From: a virus
Lineage: Duplodnaviria > Caudoviricetes
IMG/VR virus record: IMGVR_UViG_3300011008_000038
Location: 1-64,000 of that record
Length of the DNA stretch: 64,000 nt
Direction: 5' to 3' (one strand)
Of this stretch, positions 61,562-64,000 are shown piece after piece; within the stretch, counting starts at the first letter, position 1, and the number at the start of each line of letters is the position of its first letter. Both the position numbers and the translations under genes were made by a program. Under the pieces are notes generated by a model that saw only the letters and a list, made by a program, of their open reading frames with translations, had not been told where the DNA came from and did not search any database.

Positions 61562-61571
61562 ATAATATATC
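61562..61571 (-). promoter_or_regulatory. Candidate promoter GATATATTAT upstream of recA
   Basis: Intergenic, correct orientation. Confidence 0.4.
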
Positions 61572-61580
61572 TTTGAAATA

Positions 61581-62639
61581 TTATAAACTTATTCTTGGTA
61601 AATAATTATCTGTAACATATGTAGCATTTTTTTCATTTAATATTACATTATCTATTACACCTGATCCAATGATGTTAACTTCTTTGATGTGATACTTATA
61701 TTCTTTATTGAATGGAATTATTTCATTTTCATTACTATTAATCATATTCTTTATATGATTTATATAATAATAAAATCCTGGATAATTATCTTTACTATGA
61801 ATAATTTCCAATGCATATTTTCTATTATGAATTACATCTGATGGATATTTATCACTCGAATAATGATACGTTGGAAAATAATAAATTTTTGAAGGTATTG
61901 CTAAACTATATAATATTTTTTGAAATTCTTTTAATATATATTCATTTTCATGTAATATTGTATTCACATATGGAAAATATTCAGAATTATATCCAACATC
62001 AAATATTGCTCGAATAAATTGTTTTCTATCATTTAATGAAGCAAATTGATATTCAAGTGGAATAATTGGATCATTCCAATTATGAGTTTTTGCATAAAAA
62101 TTATAATTTGGGAAGAATTCTTTCCATGTGATTCTTTCATTCAAATTATTTTTATGAGCAAAAAACATTTTATTATTTTCCAATATAGTAGCATATTCTA
62201 CTTTATATTTATATGAGAATGTACTATTACCATTTACGATATCACTTGGTAATGAAATATACTTATTTTCATAATCTCCGTAAAATAATAATAATCCTGC
62301 AGTATAAGGATCAGGAAATAATAGATTCTGCAGTTCATTAAATTCAAATTCTCTCATTTCAATGTTTGAATGCACCCAATTTAAATTATCATTTAATTGC
62401 ATAATATAATTATCTCCTATATAAATCATATCATCCAATCCTATTAATTGTGATCTATTATCACTATAAATGACATTACAAATATATTTATATTCTATTG
62501 GAATAACTTTTTCTACTATTAAATATTTATTAAACCTATAATCATATAATTTATCTCCTGGATATAAGTTATCTATAAATTCAATTCCTTTATTTGTTAA
62601 TACTTTTATTTTATAATGATTATTATTTCCAAATATCAT
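61581..62639 (-). CDS. Stand-alone degenerate intein-like protein (HINT halves plus LAGLIDADG/DOD core) without exteins
   Basis: KVLTNKG...DNLYPGDKLY (block A), DPYTAGLLLFYGD (C), IPLEYQFASLNDRKQFIRAIFDVG (D/E), LKEFQKILYSL (H), ATYVTDNYLPRISL (F/G). No Cys1/Ser1 and no terminal His-Asn. Confidence 0.7.
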   Translation of the reverse strand: MIFGNNNHYKIKVLTNKGIEFIDNLYPGDKLYDYRFNKYLIVEKVIPIEYKYICNVIYSDNRSQLIGLDDMIYIGDNYIMQLNDNLNWVHSNIEMREFEFNELQNLLFPDPYTAGLLLFYGDYENKYISLPSDIVNGNSTFSYKYKVEYATILENNKMFFAHKNNLNERITWKEFFPNYNFYAKTHNWNDPIIPLEYQFASLNDRKQFIRAIFDVGYNSEYFPYVNTILHENEYILKEFQKILYSLAIPSKIYYFPTYHYSSDKYPSDVIHNRKYALEIIHSKDNYPGFYYYINHIKNMINSNENEIIPFNKEYKYHIKEVNIIGSGVIDNVILNEKNATYVTDNYLPRISL

Positions 62640-62753
62640 TTTTCTCTCAACTCCGTGTAAAATGTTCAATATATTAATTCAAAGTTTTCAACATGGATAT
62701 TAAATTGTACATGATATTTTATTATTTTTTATATAAAGGAGACTAATTATAAC

Positions 62754-63746
62754 ATGAGCAAAGAACAAGAAAATGTTTCTTCTTCGATATATAGTATTTA
62801 TGAAAAATTGATGAAAGAAAAATCTGAGAAGAAAGAAGAAAAGAAGAGACTTAAATTAGAAAAGAAATTAGAAAAATCAGAAAAGAAAAAAACCAAACAA
62901 GAGCGAGAAGAAGAATATAAAAATAATTTAGATAAGTGGGAAGAATCATTATACAATCTTACAGGTGATGAATTAGAATATTCTGAAAAACCTAAAAAGA
63001 AAAAGAAATATACTAAATGGATTGGTGAAGATGATACCGTAACAAATCTTGTTAAGAAACCTAAAAAGAAAAAAAAGATTAGTCATAAAAAAGCATTTGA
63101 AAAAGATATAGAAATTGCCCAAGCATTTTTATCTGAACAAAATAAATTGAATGCTGATCTTCAGAAACGATTTAATTTGATTGCTGGACCAGCTGACAAG
63201 AATAGTATGCCATTGAATAAAACAACTGTTGATTTATTATCGGTGTTAATGAGTGGAAGAGCAAATTCATTAGGTATTATTAGAGAAATTGGTAATCTTA
63301 AAAAGATTAGTGCGGATCTTGATATTAAACAACAACAAATTGATTTGAAAAAATATGGCGAATCTGATGGAGCTGATACAAATTTAGGTTTATCTGGATC
63401 AGATATGATGACTTCAATATTTAATAATAATATTGGATATAATTCTCCAATACAAGCACAGAATCCAAGTTTTGATAATATTCCATCAATTGATTCATCT
63501 AGATGGGAAGCCCCAGAATTGGAATCAAATTATGTTAAATATGAAAATGTTCCTCATAAAGTTGTTGTTGAACGAAATATGATTACGGGAGATATGAAAT
63601 TTAAAGCTGTTAGAACTGATAATGGTGAAGAAATCAATGACTATCCATTACCAACTACGGATGTAAATAAATTGCAAATTAATGAAGATACTAAAGTTGT
63701 TAAAGGAAAATTTGATGAATTATATCCATTGATAGATGTTCATTAG
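62754..63746 (+). CDS. Hypothetical Lys/Glu-rich protein
   Basis: 330 aa, AAAGGAG SD. Confidence 0.75.
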   Translation: MSKEQENVSSSIYSIYEKLMKEKSEKKEEKKRLKLEKKLEKSEKKKTKQEREEEYKNNLDKWEESLYNLTGDELEYSEKPKKKKKYTKWIGEDDTVTNLVKKPKKKKKISHKKAFEKDIEIAQAFLSEQNKLNADLQKRFNLIAGPADKNSMPLNKTTVDLLSVLMSGRANSLGIIREIGNLKKISADLDIKQQQIDLKKYGESDGADTNLGLSGSDMMTSIFNNNIGYNSPIQAQNPSFDNIPSIDSSRWEAPELESNYVKYENVPHKVVVERNMITGDMKFKAVRTDNGEEINDYPLPTTDVNKLQINEDTKVVKGKFDELYPLIDVH

Positions 63747-63764
63747 AAGGAGATGAATTTAATT

Positions 63765-64000
63765 ATGAGTACTTCTAATACGAAACAATCAAATCCAATT
63801 CAACAAGTATTTTTAGAAATTAATAAAATTTTAGAATTTGTTGAATTTAAAGATAAAATTAAAGCACAAGAAAATGAAACTGATGAAAGTAGAAAATTAG
63901 CAGAAATTTATATGGGTGCAGTAATTGAAGATGATACTTATCTGAGATATCATAATTGGTGGACTAAAGAAATATTCCAAGAAATAATTCCGAATGCTCG
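63765..64000 (+). CDS. Partial CDS running off the window
   Basis: AAGGAG SD, ATG at 63765, MSTSNTKQSNPIQQVFLEI... open to the end. Confidence 0.7.
   Translation, partial: MSTSNTKQSNPIQQVFLEINKILEFVEFKDKIKAQENETDESRKLAEIYMGAVIEDDTYLRYHNWWTKEIFQEIIPNA

Noticed and set aside
1-64000. Short antisense or alternate-frame ORFs in the track (for example 478-783, 1687-1872, 2081-2434, 13041-13538, 13953-14300, 28744-29049, 32502-32900, 37553-37909, 58937-59263)
   Set aside because: They overlap well-supported genes, lack SD sites and motifs, and are expected shadows.
1-64000. Chimallin, major capsid protein, terminase, tRNA or rRNA genes
   Set aside because: No recognisable motifs or cloverleaf structures were seen; absence is limited to this window and to manual reading.
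1-64000. Bacterial chromosome origin (gyrB, rpoC, recA, ftsZ, csp-like genes)
   Set aside because: All are highly divergent, interleaved with virion genes and homing elements, and lack bacterial operon context such as rpoB, the dcw cluster or gyrA adjacency.

Overview
Very AT-rich (about 25% GC by eye), densely coding segment of a phiKZ/AR9-type jumbo myophage. A Firmicutes host is an inference from the strong AAGGAG(G) Shine-Dalgarno sites, M23+SLT lytic modules and holin-like gene. Replication and transcription genes: type IIA topoisomerase B subunit, N-terminal half of a split family-B DNA polymerase, 5'-3' exonuclease, SF2 helicase, primase, RecA/UvsX, a multisubunit RNAP beta'-like subunit and a tubulin/PhuZ-like GTPase. 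Virion genes: a 2871-aa tape-measure-like lysin, 1426- and 2606-aa structural proteins and a family of fibre-like paralogues. Selfish elements are abundant: two group I introns (in the topoisomerase EGD|S motif and the RNAP D-Y|D-G-D motif), HNH and GIY-YIG intron endonucleases, two free-standing Vsr/EDxHD-like endonuclease paralogues, a Pro1 class-3 mini-intein and an extein-less intein relic next to recA. The most unusual signal is the RNAP intron: its internal guide sequence pairs perfectly across GACU|AUGAC, which makes the terminal intron nucleotide A rather than the canonical G, and its GIY-YIG gene lies antisense to the host gene. No tRNA, rRNA, CRISPR array or chimallin could be supported. 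All assignments come from motif reading, not database searches.
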